From Glaucostegus cemiculus (Eukaryota), in NCBI GenBank assembly GCA_976551045.1, contig CDPCPM010000060.1, positions 2,170,001 to 2,234,000 of the forward strand: a stretch of DNA of 64,000 bases. Direction: 5' to 3'. Shown here piece after piece: positions 51,755-64,000 of the stretch. The translations under genes and the position numbers were made by a program. The notes beneath the pieces are model-generated. The model did no database searches and had not been told where the DNA came from. It saw nothing but the letters and a program-made list of their open reading frames with translations. Position 1 is the stretch's first letter. Every line of letters starts with the position of its first letter.

Positions 51755-53260
51755 ATGACACGCCATGGGAGAGAATAGCCTCCCAGGGTTATGATAAGCT
51801 ACATTGGAAACCTAGGTGAAGGAGGTCCAAATAATGAGGGATGAACTGTTTGCAGAGCTTTCAGATATCTGATGATAAGGATCTAATACCGAGGACCTGG
51901 ACTCAGTGCTATGAGAAATTCAGTTACGTTTACAAGGTCAATGAATGCATCTTCAAATATCTCATCCTATCAACTGTAACACTAGGTCAAATAATGCTCA
52001 ATTTCCATTATTCCACTGTCCACACTTATACCTAACTTGTATATGCTCCACTGGACCCTTAGTGGCAAGTCTACATTACTTATCACTCTTGGAGGGTACA
52101 GGCTATTATTGGAACCCGTGAATCTAAATGAGCTGAATCAATTGGAGGTGATGTTATTCTCATAATTGATCTTCAATCTCCCATGCTATTTCCCCCTTGA
52201 CTTACTATCTGACTTACAAGCTGCAGATGGTACAAGCATGCACCTTTTTCTACTTCTACCCTCAACCTTGTGCTGGTTCATTTCCCCTTCAGGTTCCCAC
52301 AAAATGCAACCTGACCAGATGAAGTCACATCATCACTCAATTTCACACTAACACCCACCAGCTCAGATACCAACACTGCATAAAATTGAGAGGATAGCAT
52401 AGAGCTGGGATCTCTAAGTTATGAAACTTCGCAACATCGGAGGCATGCAGGAAGGGTTGGGGTCTGAGTATGCATCTTCATGTTTATATTCAATGTAGAA
52501 TGATTTTATTTAGGAATTTAAATTTAGTTTAGAATATTTATTTTGTGCTGGCTTTTATTTTCGCTTTGTGATAGATGCTATGATGGTTGCTGAAAGAGAC
52601 ACAGTATGGGCTGGGATTCTTGATTAGTGGGAATTGTTTTTCACAGACAATTCAAGCAAATAGAGGCAGTCATAGTTGTCTGCTCCCTTCTCCTCTTGCT
52701 GCATCTCATTTTCTTTCTGCTCAGCTGAGCAACATAATGCTGGTGGCAAATCGCCATTCTTCGTGATAAGGCAGACATGAGGAAGTAGGAATGAGATTAA
52801 AAAGTTGAGCCTCACAGGTAGTAATTTCTGGATTATTACAAGTGGCAAATATTAATGAGTGCAAAAGTATCAGAATAGTGCAAACGAATGCAGAGTTAAA
52901 GTAATATAAGGAGAGAGGGCTTTAGATTTCTGGAGTGTTGGAATCATTTCTCGAGAAGCTGAAACCTGTACAAGCTAAATGAATTCTTGCAGGATGGTCT
53001 CCAAAGGCTAATGGATATTTTGAATATTTTTAATTTACTTTGATAGCTTTTGTATTTCTCTGAGTATGAGACCATTTAAAAACTCTTAAAACAGTGACAG
53101 CTTTGACAGGAGATAAAACTTCACACACAACGTGCCTTATGTCAATGGCTGTTGTCACCTGAAACCACGTCACTGCTGAGACTTCACACTCTATTAAAGG
53201 GTGCAGAAGGCAATAAGATTGGTTCCCTGCACCAGAGATAGATAAGTATGACACACACAG
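51755..53260. mobile_element. Decayed two-gene PIF/Harbinger element: Myb/SANT-like ORF (+) convergent with transposase (-)
   Basis: + strand MTRHGRE*PPR...TLET*VKEVQIMRDELF...PRTWTQCYEKF (51755-51940); - strand TAIDIRHV (~53140, cf. GAIDCTHV) and DLPP...acidic tail...LPLFA*IVCE (52630-52770). Confidence 0.6.
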
Positions 53261-55519
53261 GGACCTCAGGATGATCTAGTATGATCCATTCTATTGAATT
53301 TCACGTCCTAACTTCTGCATGCTTGAAAATCAAATCAATTGTGTGATGCATTGAAAAAAATACATAAAAGAGGATTGAGTTTCCAGGGCAGTAAGTTAAA
53401 TTCAATACTCAGTATCAGTTGTGAACGTTCAAAATATGATCATTTAACTCATGCTAGAAAACTAACACAATTCTATGATCCTAACTGGGCACAGCAATAA
53501 GTATTTTATCTACTTCAGAACATTGTTGGATATTGGCTCTGGAATCTAGGTGGTTAAATATGTTTATGGGTGCAGATCTTACAATTACACATGAGCTGTC
53601 TGAACTACTGTTTACATGGCAGTGAGAGTTCACTGTTTCTTCCATACACAAGCTTCCAAGTCTCTAAGCAGAAGCTTTCAAGAGGACATTGGATCAAAAA
53701 GGTCAGGCATGACATAGGACCTTTCTGATCATGAATTTTTTGGCTCTGCCCTGAAATGGCCTTGACCCTAGCTCCCAGTCTGTCATCCAGAGAAAAGTAT
53801 TTCCACTTTTAAAGTGATAATTCTTAGTTATACATATTCAAACATTCCAGATGGAGATGCCAACATAAAAACACTTAACTTGACCTGACTGCTCTTGCTG
53901 AGTTGGCAGTCTTTTGATTCAGGTAAATTCCTTCAGAAGCATTTGTCTTCGTGGCATATATTATCTCCACCAGGTACCTATCCAAGTAAAGGCTGATACA
54001 AGCAGTGGTATCCAGCATCAGATGGTTCTTTCTTGACCCGCTGAGAGTGTTGCCTCCCCATTTCTGTGGACCTACTGAGATGGAGACCTCCCATCCTTTT
54101 TCCCTATTTCTGGGGTATCACCGAGACATAAGAATTGAAGAAATAGGAGAAGAAAGCCTTCCATGGCTACTCTGCCATTCAATAAAGTCATGGAGGACAT
54201 CTTACCTCAGCACTATTTCCCTGCACTAATGTCATATTACTTGATTTTCTCTAAAATTAGAGCACTCCTCACCCACCCTGTCTCACTAAAATATCACTGA
54301 GACAGAGCGCTCACACCACTTCTTCATTTCATGGACAGTTCATCTGGATCAATTGGGTCAAATCAGAAGGCAGGCAAATAGATAGCTAAGCAGTTAAGGA
54401 AAGCCCATAATTACCAACAATTACAGGAGCACCTGCTGGTGAGTCATTGGAAAATGTGCCTCATAGTGTCAGCTGCTTGGTTTGCTGGTGATGTGTATGA
54501 TAGCATGACGTCTTTGAGCTTTAGTCAGTCATGACCTACCCTGGGTGCCACTTAGGAGCGAGGCTTGTAGAAGGTTGGCATGGGTTCCCCATCAAACATG
54601 CATTTTGAATAGACAATTCAAAACAATTGTTGAGTTTATCTTTTGCGGACATAGACTATCCACTCCACTAATACTCATGTACTGTGAGTCAGCAAATATC
54701 TGTGCATTAAATTACAATTCATTCCCTAAGATAACTCTGAAACTGAATGACTGTAGAATAAGTGCATTTAATTTCCTGTGCTTATCCCTGTACTTGTTTT
54801 GTAATGATGTGAAATACATTGCCGTCTAATCTCCCTGGGATGAGCTGCCCATGGAGACAAGCAATTAAAATACCTCTTTTACAACATGTGATGAATGAAT
54901 TGCAGGATACAATGAAAAGATGTGCTAAATGCTAATGGATTTCCACATATCTAGTTATTATATGATCTTTGATAATTATTAATTCAAAGAAAGATCAGTA
55001 GCTTTGAACAGAGTCTAAGGTTGCATTATTAATTGGAGTTGGCTAATTATTTCAAAACCACTAATAGATTTAGTTGGTGTAAATACCTTGATGTTGGAAA
55101 CAATGCTGTCAGTACCAGGTAAATTTTCGTTCACCTATATTTGCTTTATCACCTAATTAATCAATCTGCAAGAGCTAATGAAATTAATTACTTGATGTAA
55201 AAATAATATTGGAAATATTGCTCTAATGCTCTTGAATTTTTCATTAATTACTACACCTGCTGTATGCACTGCATTCTAAGAGCAGTACTGGATATTAAAC
55301 ACTCCAATATAATCTTCTGCAGTACAGCAGTGTGTCATTTTTTAATTAATGTGCCTTCATAAAAGGAATAGGTATATTGCATCCCTCTCAAAAACATTCA
55401 ACTCAAGAACATCCCACTTGAGAATAATTTAATGTATGCCATCTCAGCAACGTTTAATGAAAACATTCATTTTTTTGGTGAGATTTAGTGAGAGCTGTAT
55501 CTAGGAACAGTTTTTCCGA

Positions 55520-55878
55520 GAGCTGATAACAGTTCCATTCCTGAGAACTTTTCATAACCTGAATTTTCTGCAGGTCTGAAATGAACAAAAATAGTGTATA
55601 GGGACCGCAAGCAGGCACAGGCAGAACAGCTGCCAGCTGCCTCACTGACTCAGCGGTTGAATGACTGAGTCTGCTCAGTGCTCCCATCTCTGCTCAGCTC
55701 AACCCAGCCCCAATTATTGGCTTGTGGGGGGCGGGGGTGGGGGGAGAGTGGGTGGCATGGGCCTAGAAGGTATGCAGTAATGTCCCTGCAACCCCGCAGT
55801 AGCCAACCAATCCACCACCTTCCCAGACTCCCAAATACTCATCTGTATGTCAGGCATTCATAACCAGGGGAGGACCTG
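55520..55878. mobile_element. Tigger/pogo-type MITE remnant
   Basis: Right end ttcataaccaggggaggacctg|ta resembles the TIR of the 24380 element; left end is eroded. Confidence 0.5.
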
Positions 55879-57534
55879 TACAGTTGCTTGTAATAAATTT
55901 CATTATACATAGTGTTGCATATTAACGTTGTAATATTATAATCATTGCTTGCCTCTCTATCTCATCCATTCTCTCCTAGTAATTTTAAGACCTATAAATA
56001 ACTTTTGGCAGCAGCCCATTGTTATCTTTTTGTTGCTTGCAATTTAAGTAGGTGGATAAAATGAAGTAGGTTAGATCCTCATTCATTATTATCCCCACAT
56101 GGAATGAAAATCAGCATTCACAGCTGAAGTGGGTGGCATTCTGTCAGGAATAGCCCAATACCTATCCATCACCGCCAGCTACCCACCTTCACATTCACCT
56201 CCACCTCCTCCACCAACATCTTTCCTTCTCATGTCCCACCCACCGCCCAGTCCTACAACTAATCCTGCCCAAACCCTTACCACCAAACCACCAGCCTCTA
56301 CTGGATATGTAAGGCTTGTAGATTTTAACTTGGGGGTCTCATGCCTCATTTAACCATCCTAGCATTGACACTACTTGAAACCATCTTGAATGATATCAAT
56401 GTCAAAGGGAGGAAGTGGAAATTTTCAAGCAATGAAGCTGTTGCATGAAGCCCATTGAATTGGTACCTGTTTCTTTGTAAACAAAAGGATATGTCTTTTT
56501 GTTAAAATAGTGAGTGGGGTACAGTATGCACTGTGGGGTGTATGGAGCGCAAAGACAAGGATGGGAGTGTGAAATCAGGTTGGAAAGGCTTGAGCAACCC
56601 TGACAATATAGAGCACCGCAAAAATTGTTTAAAACATTAGCTTTCCTGCCCACACTCTTCCAGCCAGTCACTGACATTGAAATACATTTCATGTTTATAA
56701 GGAGAAGCACATCTACAGTGCCATGTAGAAGATTCTGTTTCCCTGGGAAGCAGTGACAATTATTGTGGCATCTGTTGGAAGTGGAACTCCAGTCAATCTT
56801 AATCACAGGGACCATGCTGCAGAAATACTGCAGGCTTGAACAATTATTGCTTCTGGCTCATTCCATGTTGGTGCCAAATAATAAGAGCACCTTGAACAAT
56901 TATCAGTTCACTAATGTAACAAACAATGAATGATGCAGTTTTCCCCAGAGCAAAAATTTGATAATATTTTTTGCAGCAAGAAGGTAAAACACTTGTCATT
57001 TTTTTTGAAAATGAGACAGCTAATTGAAATTAATCAGATCATTGTCAGCTATAAAATATTATAGACCCACACAAAAATGTCTTAATTAAATTTCAAGGAT
57101 TTCAAAAACTGTGCAAAACATCGTACTCATTACATTATCAAACTCATGCACGTGCACTAATACAGTTACCAAATTCAGCTTCATCAGCATTGGTCTATGT
57201 AATAACCAGGTTATCGTTTATCATAATCTTTACATCTGCTAAATACTAATCCTGAACTGTGCCAAGAAAATCGCTTGGACATAATTGAAAAATCAAACTT
57301 CATGGCTTAAGAATGAATGGCAGACTTAGATGAAAGAAGATCATAGGCTAAATGTTTTAATTACTCACATGAGGAAATAAAACAAGGGCAGTTTAATGTG
57401 GAGGAATGACAATATACCTTTGGATCAGTAAAATATTATTTCCATTGGTTGCTGGGGCATATGAGTGCCCAAATATTTACCCCTAATCATAATTATTACA
57501 GCAATCAAAATTAGTCAGATGGGCCACCACGACA

Positions 57535-57895
57535 GGGCTCCACTGTAGAGCAGCTAGTAGAGGTGCTGTCTCATTGCTCCAATGATCTTCCCTGCCTTTA
57601 AGGTTTGATCCTGACCTCTGTTGCTGTCTGTGTGGAGTTTGTATGTTTTCCCTGTGACTTCATGGGTTTCCTACAGTATCCCAGTTTCCTTCCACATGCA
57701 AATTGATAGCTTAATTCACTGCTGTAAATTGCCCCAAATATGTGGGTAAGTGTAGCAGTGGAACAGGAATCTTGGAAGAGTTGATGTGAGTGTGGAGAGA
57801 GTAACATGGAATTGGTGTAAGATTAGTGAAAATGGGTGCTTGATGGTTGGTGTGGAGTCAGTGAGCTGAAGGCGTGCTTCCATGCAGTATCACTC
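57535..57895 (+). mobile_element. V-SINE (HE1-like)
   Basis: ggtttgatcctgacctc...gtgtggagtttgtatgttttccctgtg...gctgaaggcgtgcttccatgc. Confidence 0.8.
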
Positions 57896-59619
57896 AATAT
57901 CATTCATTGTTTTAGTTTTGTTTTTTATATCTTTACTTTGTTTTATTTTCTCTACTTCCTTTTCCCCTTTTTCTTCATTTATTCATCACAACCCTCAATG
58001 GAATTCTTGAAAATGTTTTGTTTGCCTATCATTCACTGCAGAAAGCATTTCTAGATAGAATTGTTGAGGTTATTGAAGAACTGGTTAGACACTGAAATGG
58101 AGAGACTAAGTTTTACTTCCAACTTCATGTGCACTGATAGATTAAATACCATTCCTATTCCTTGTCTCACAATCTTTTGGACACACTGTTTCTCCTTTAT
58201 GTTTGCATTTATTGGTTTAATGAGGAGACTTTGACTGTTATTGCTGCATGGCCATAAAAACAGATTAATTTTGAACACTGTACTTTACCCCTGAGATATC
58301 AGTGGTGGGTACTGCATAGCAATTAGGGACAGAGATACGGGTTGATTTGTCACTCTGCCTTATTGCAGGAATGCTGAAATCAGCTCACACAGCATATGCT
58401 TGGATTCAAACCTACATTAGCTTTGGCCTGTGTATCTTGATTGTACATTAAGCAGCTTGGGAATAATTTATTAAAACATGTTCGGTTTTTACCTGTCCTG
58501 CAGGTCCAGGACTCCATGATGGCTTAGGGAGGCTAAATCTATAAGTTTCCTCCATCACTGCACTTGGGGTTCCCAAAATAATATTGAGGAAATACCAGTT
58601 CAATTTTGCACTGGCCAGACTTAGTGCAAGCTCTGAAACCCAATTAGTTTCACTGGGGATGATAGGCCTGTAGACCTTAAAAATAAGAAACTGAAGTACT
58701 TTTACTTACTTCCGTCTTAATGGTTTCTAAATGTCTCTGAATTACAAAGATATTAAACAACTATTAAAATGGGTTATAGATTGCACAGCGGGCAAAACTT
58801 TGCCCTCAATTTTGGCATTTTGACTGTTGTGAAAATCTGTCAGGGCATTTTGGGGCAGGGCTTTGGCACCACACAACCTGCAGCTGGGTCAGCATCCAAA
58901 TCTCAGTGCTGAATTGATGGATGTGGAGGGTCAGCAGGATAGGCCATCTGCATTCAGCCCAATTGAGTGTAGGGTGTGCAGGCACAACAGGTAGGAGATT
59001 CCAGTTAGTAGGCCTGGTCCTGCACAGTATATTCTAATCAATTTATGAAATGGAATGTCTCAGTAAAATTCATGACAGGATGATGAATTTTCCTCAAACA
59101 TTAATAAGCAAGTGTTCAAAATCTGGGATTTTGATTTCCCAGGTGTGTTTCCTATCAGTATACTATATCCGCTGCATACTGATTTACAGCATGTAATAGA
59201 TCTTTGGCTTTGGATCATGCATACATCTATACTAATTCCCCAATGAAGGAATTGTTCAACTGAAACAGATGGGAGCATGAAAATTGGTTGGAAATGATGC
59301 AGAAGTAATATGATAATGCCTTCCACATTTTTTTCCTTGCTTTTACATAAATGACCATTTAGAGTTGCTGGGTACCTGTACTTTACATAAGAAAGGTGAA
59401 AGGGCCAATAAGAAATTTTAATCAACAGTGTTTAGTAACTTCAAAATTTCTTTTCCCCTTCTGCACCTCACCCTCACCCCTTCTTCACCTAACCACAACC
59501 TCTTTACCTATCGTTTTGAATCTCTGGGTCCTTTGTGTTCATTGTTTTAATCATTTCATCCCAAAAACATGACTGGATTAATTTGGTTTCCCAGTCATCA
59601 TCCCTTTAAAGTTACTACT

Positions 59620-60110
59620 TAGAAAAATAGGAGAAGCAGTACAAAGGTGCCAAACAGTACTGTGTGCACACAGCACATCCTGTTAACCCTCTTAATTAAT
59701 TGCTATGCTTGCATACTATTCTTTTGCAAATTATGCACTCAGACATCCAGTTCCCTCAGAGCTTCATCTCTCACCATTTAGATAATACATCCTTTTTTAT
59801 CTTCTGTCAAAAGGACAATTTTACGTGTTTCCCCCCACATTATATTCCATTTACCAGAATTGTATTTATTTAACTTCGCCTATCGCTATCCCTTTGCACC
59901 CTCCTTTTGTTTTTATGTCCTTATCTCCTCAACAAAATTTACTTTCCTATCTCCCTCTTGGTCATCATCAAAGTTAGTAATCATTTCTTTGCTGTTTTCA
60001 TTAAAGTCATTTATATAAATAGCAAAAAGCTGAGACCTCAATGCCAATCCCTGTGGCACATCACATGGTACATTTGTCGACTAGAAAAAAAACATCTTTC
60101 CGTTATAGCA
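59620..60110 (-). mobile_element. Decayed CR1 fragment
   Basis: cacattatattccatttacc...gtcatttatataaatagcaaaaagctgagacc...ccctgtggcac (reverse of the RT region). Confidence 0.6.
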
Positions 60111-62689
60111 TCTCATGTCATCAAGGTAGCCTTCAAGCACTTGTAATACCTCTCTAACCTTTTCTTTGCCCCATTGTGATACTTTTTAATTGAGACTTTT
60201 CCATTATATTTCATTTACATGATTTTTTCAGCTTTTTCTCATAGATCCTATCCAAATGTACACAAATCAGTGAATAACTGTCCAAATAAGAATCTGGGCA
60301 TTTTTGATCTATTGCCATTTTGGCACATTCCTCTCCATTTGGAAAAAACCTACTTCTTTTGTAGACAAAGATTGGGGACCTTTCAAGATAGTTAAATATT
60401 TTCAAAATGTCTATGTATGTATGCATTTGTACATGTTCATGTGATTGCTAGTTCTCAATTACAATTGTTTTCAGTCATTTTGTTTTACATATTAAATGAG
60501 TTTTTATCAGTTTTTCCATGCAAAGTTTGGAATAACTAAATCATTCTTATTTCTATGGTTTGCAGAGATCACATGAGAAAAGCTATAAAAGCAACATACC
60601 TTGTAATTCAGCCTTTTAAAAATGTCATTGCCACTGTCTGAGCATATCAGCCCTCTTTTTAAATGTCACTTTCAACAAAAGCATAAATACTTAACACTTA
60701 AAAGAGACTGAGGCCAAAACATTTAAGCCAATTTCCTAAAATTAGCTATGAGATGAACACTCCGAATTCTGGTTAATGACCTGAAATAAAGTAATACAAA
60801 TAACTGGTGTGTGAATTTTCTGCACTTAATGTATTTGTTTAAAACAATGAGCCATTTAGCAGAAGTAAAGCCAGATGTGCTTGCGTAGTGCTTAGGAACA
60901 GGTTATTGTCTATCATAGCTTGAAGCAAGTACTGAATATTGAACATATTAGCAGTTTAAATAATTTGGCATCCTGTTCTATTTGAATTTATTTAAAATAA
61001 TTTCAGAATTAGATTCTGTTTTACCCAGAAAAGTAATCTGCATTGACTAATTCAGCAAAATCTGAATAGGTAGACTTTGATACATTCTTTGCAGAAGAGC
61101 AAAGAAGTGTCAAGCACTTTATTTATAACGTGAAATATCCCAGAATTCAACCCAAACCAATTTTATCTTTCTGAGTATGTTAGTTACTACTTTTACCTGT
61201 TTCTTTTTAGAAAACTTGTCAGATATTTTGTTGAAGTTATTAAACCTTTCATTGGCTTTCATTCCCTGGAAACATCTATTAGGGGCATTCACTGTAAGGT
61301 AAATTGCCTTCAGATTACATTCCTTGCCTGACATTTCCCTTAATATTTTATTTATTAAAATCTGACTTCCTTAGCGTTGGTAGTTTTGTGGTTGGTAGAC
61401 TGGAGCAGCTACAGTGAGGTCACATCAGCCGGAACTGGTTCTCTCCCATGCCCTTCAGAAACCGGAGCAGTGGTTACATTTACACAACAAAGTTTCATTG
61501 CCACTGTTAAAGACCTGAAATAAAGTAATACAAGTTTTATCTATAGTACAGTGATATGCTGATTTTTGATGAATATATATTCATAGCTGAATACGCTATG
61601 TATCCAGTAGTTTAAAGGAAGGCAAAATATTAATGGAGAATAAAACATTTTCCATTCCAACTTCCTGTGTAGGTATCATGGTTGAGAAGTTTGATGGCAC
61701 CGCGCTCATTTCTCAGATGCAAAGCACATACTTAAATATGCAGTATGGCAAATACCAGGGGTGTATCATTCATAATTTGATGGACCATGCATTTTGACTA
61801 TTTTTGAAACATTTTGATTTAAACATTATAGTTCTAGTAAACACCCAAAGCATTATAGATCACTGATTAAAATATTCAGTTGAGATGCTGTTTACAGGGC
61901 ACCAGAGTAATACTGAGCTCAGGTACTGACTTATTATGTGATAAACTTCTACTACATGAGTAACTAAGAAGCAGAAGGTTCAATTTGCATTTGTTGCTTG
62001 AGGCCATTGGTCAATGCCTGCAAACCTTTTGGCTTGTTTTCTGAATATGAAAATGAAATTCTGACTGCAGAATAGATGATTTTTTTGGTGTAATGTTGAT
62101 TTTGCCTGGTTTCTAAACAGATTTCAATGCTGCATCCCAAACCTTTGATCTCCATAACCTGGAGAAAAAGGTAGCATTCTGACTTCCTTCTGTATTAAAA
62201 CTACTGGAATTCCCTATCCAACATGAATATGAACCTTCATGCATAGTATGGTATTCTATAGTACTAAAACCAATAGCATACTTTGATCATATCCTGATGC
62301 CTCAACTGTAATCAAGTCCTTTTTAATGAGCTTTAAATACAGTTTTTGTTTCAGCAAAATTATCAATAGCAACTCCTGTGTTGTTGACACATTAATTTGT
62401 TCACTCTAAAAATTTTGTGTTTTGTCCAGGGCACGCCAGATATATCTTTGTACAGCCTGTTTAGTCTGCAGATATAAAATTCCTACACAGTATTACTGCA
62501 CAGTTAATCCTACAAACAAAAACAAGGTCAACTCATTGGTAACACAAGGCAGAGAGCAAGTATCAGCTAACTAAATTACAGTTGATTCATTCATACACCA
62601 TGGAAAATGGCCCTTCGGTCCAATATTAGTCTATGGTAATGAGGGTTTTTTTGCTGCACCATGTCTCCTACTTTATGGAGAGCTGGATG

Positions 62690-63205
62690 TTAATTGAGAG
62701 CCTTGAGGCAAAGATTGGTTTCCTCCTTGCCTTTACTCCATTTAAAGTTATCATCTCAACATCTGCATGTATCCCAGATCTGAAATTAGACGAAGTCTTT
62801 GCACCTTTTCTGTTGAATAAGTAAGCCAATTGATGGGAAAGTAAGTTGGAAAGAGAATATTAAGTAAATGGGTAAAGATCTGGAAAATGGAATACAATGT
62901 GGAAAATGTGAAATTGGCCATTTTACTAGGAAAAATAGCAAAGAACTATTATCTAAATGTAAGATAACAGAGCTCTAAGAAAGAGGTATCTGGGTGTACA
63001 TGATTCACAAAAGATAACAATGCAGGCAGAGCAGATAATTAGGAAATTTAAGAGAATGTTTTTTAAAAAAAATGCTGTAGGAATGGAATACAAAAGTGGG
63101 GAGATTATGCTTTAATTATATAGGCCACTGGTGACACCACATCTGGAGTATTGTGTGCCGTATTTGTCTCCTTATTTAAGGAAGAATGTTAATGTGTTAG
63201 AAGCA
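62690..63205 (+). mobile_element. Decayed CR1 RT fragment
   Basis: WVKIWKMEYNV, then ...YRPLVTPHLEYCVPYLSPYLRKNVNVLEA. Confidence 0.75.
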
Positions 63206-63709
63206 CATTATGTGTTACTTATAATATGTAACATTAAGTTGACATGAAATGTAAAATCACTTCTGTGTGCTTTGTCCCCATTACTACATTTGCTTTAGAA
63301 TGATTTGTAGTGAATTAATTAGTCCTATTTAAACAAATTTCTGTCTTGAGTCACCATAAAAAGCATATATCTATTCAATTCACTGTTGTCAGTATGATTT
63401 ATCTCATTACCTACTTAAAATGATGTACTGCATTACAGCGTTCTGTCGCCAATTGTAAGAATCACTGGGTTCAGTGTACCAATGATATGTCAAGAAACCA
63501 AACAAATATTTAATATTTACCCCTCCACTCCAGACCCTTATGAAGTCAATCACACAGCTTAATGACTGTTGCCCAGACTGGTTCACCAAACTGTCACCCA
63601 ATTATCTACGAGCCACTAAGGAAATAAATTCATACTTTTCATAGGTGGTTTCAGAACATTATGTCGTGCATCAAGAGCTATTATGGACTACAAATCATAA
63701 TTATCACTC

Positions 63710-63900
63710 TCCTCTTCTTAGGATAGAGGTTGACTTGCTTCACTCGGTTTACATGTGCTCAGAGGTGAATGAAGATTCTATCCGCAGATTCTGTCACAAG
63801 TGTTACAGGAGCTGTCTGATGGAGTGGATGGGATGCTTGGGAAGTTCTGCATTCCTTTCATGGTTTTTATTGGCCTTTGCCATGAGGTGCTGTCCACCAT
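63710..63900 (-). mobile_element. RTE LINE 3' end
   Basis: ctcttcttaggatagaggttgacttgcttc... similar to 38670 and 11373 copies. Confidence 0.6.
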
Positions 63901-64000
63901 AATTCCAAACAAACACATCTCCAGACTCCTAGAACCAGGGCTTTGCATCCCTCTTTGCAACTGGTCCTATTACGCTAACCACTACACCACCATGCCATGC

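Noticed and set aside
55725-55762. G-quadruplex-capable G-runs (also ~41372-41390 and ~8762-8775)
   Set aside because: Lie within repeat remnants; no evidence of function.
56402-59425. Minus-strand ORFs of 137 aa (56402..56815) and 121 aa (59060..59425)
   Set aside because: No recognisable domains, splice structure or coding-like composition.
60566-60620. Possible exon 21 after acceptor ttctatggtttgcag (RSHEKSYKSNIPCNSAF*)
   Set aside because: In-frame stop, no suitable donor and no real similarity to the expected peptide.
61211-61298. Strong acceptor and AAG|gtaaat donor pair on + strand
   Set aside because: 88 nt, stop in phase 0 and no harmonin similarity; treated as a pseudo-exon.
61964-62155. 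Minus-strand ORF starting MEIKGLGCSI, resembling harmonin PDZ2 KGMGCSI (18/20 nt match across the exon 8/9 junction)
   Set aside because: Similarity does not extend on either side, and a match of this size is roughly expected by chance in this search space; not a retrocopy.

Overview
This is AT-rich vertebrate genomic DNA. The repeat landscape (HE1/V-SINEs, CR1, RTE, Rex1, Penelope-like and Deu-type SINE fossils) points to a cartilaginous fish, probably a ray or shark; that assignment is inference. The whole window lies inside one large + strand gene, USH1C (harmonin). I reconstructed 16 GT-AG coding exons by hand, equivalent to human exons 5-20. They encode the end of PDZ1, PDZ2, coiled-coil 1, the isoform-a exon 15, and the isoform-b cassette (exon 16, coiled-coil 2, PST region). 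The exons splice into an uninterrupted frame: 1806 nt on the b path and 909 nt on the a path. The start and the PDZ3/C-terminal exons lie outside the window. Almost all ORF-track entries are noise or decayed transposon fragments. Items worth a second look are: short Penelope-derived elements carrying a minimal hammerhead-ribozyme core, some as fold-back insertions with 13-14 bp target duplications; one or two candidate extra harmonin exons; two PIF/Harbinger fossils; and an RTE copy with twin-priming geometry. I did not find convincing evidence of a wholly new biological system. Comparisons with human exons and repeat families are from memory, and repeat boundaries are approximate.
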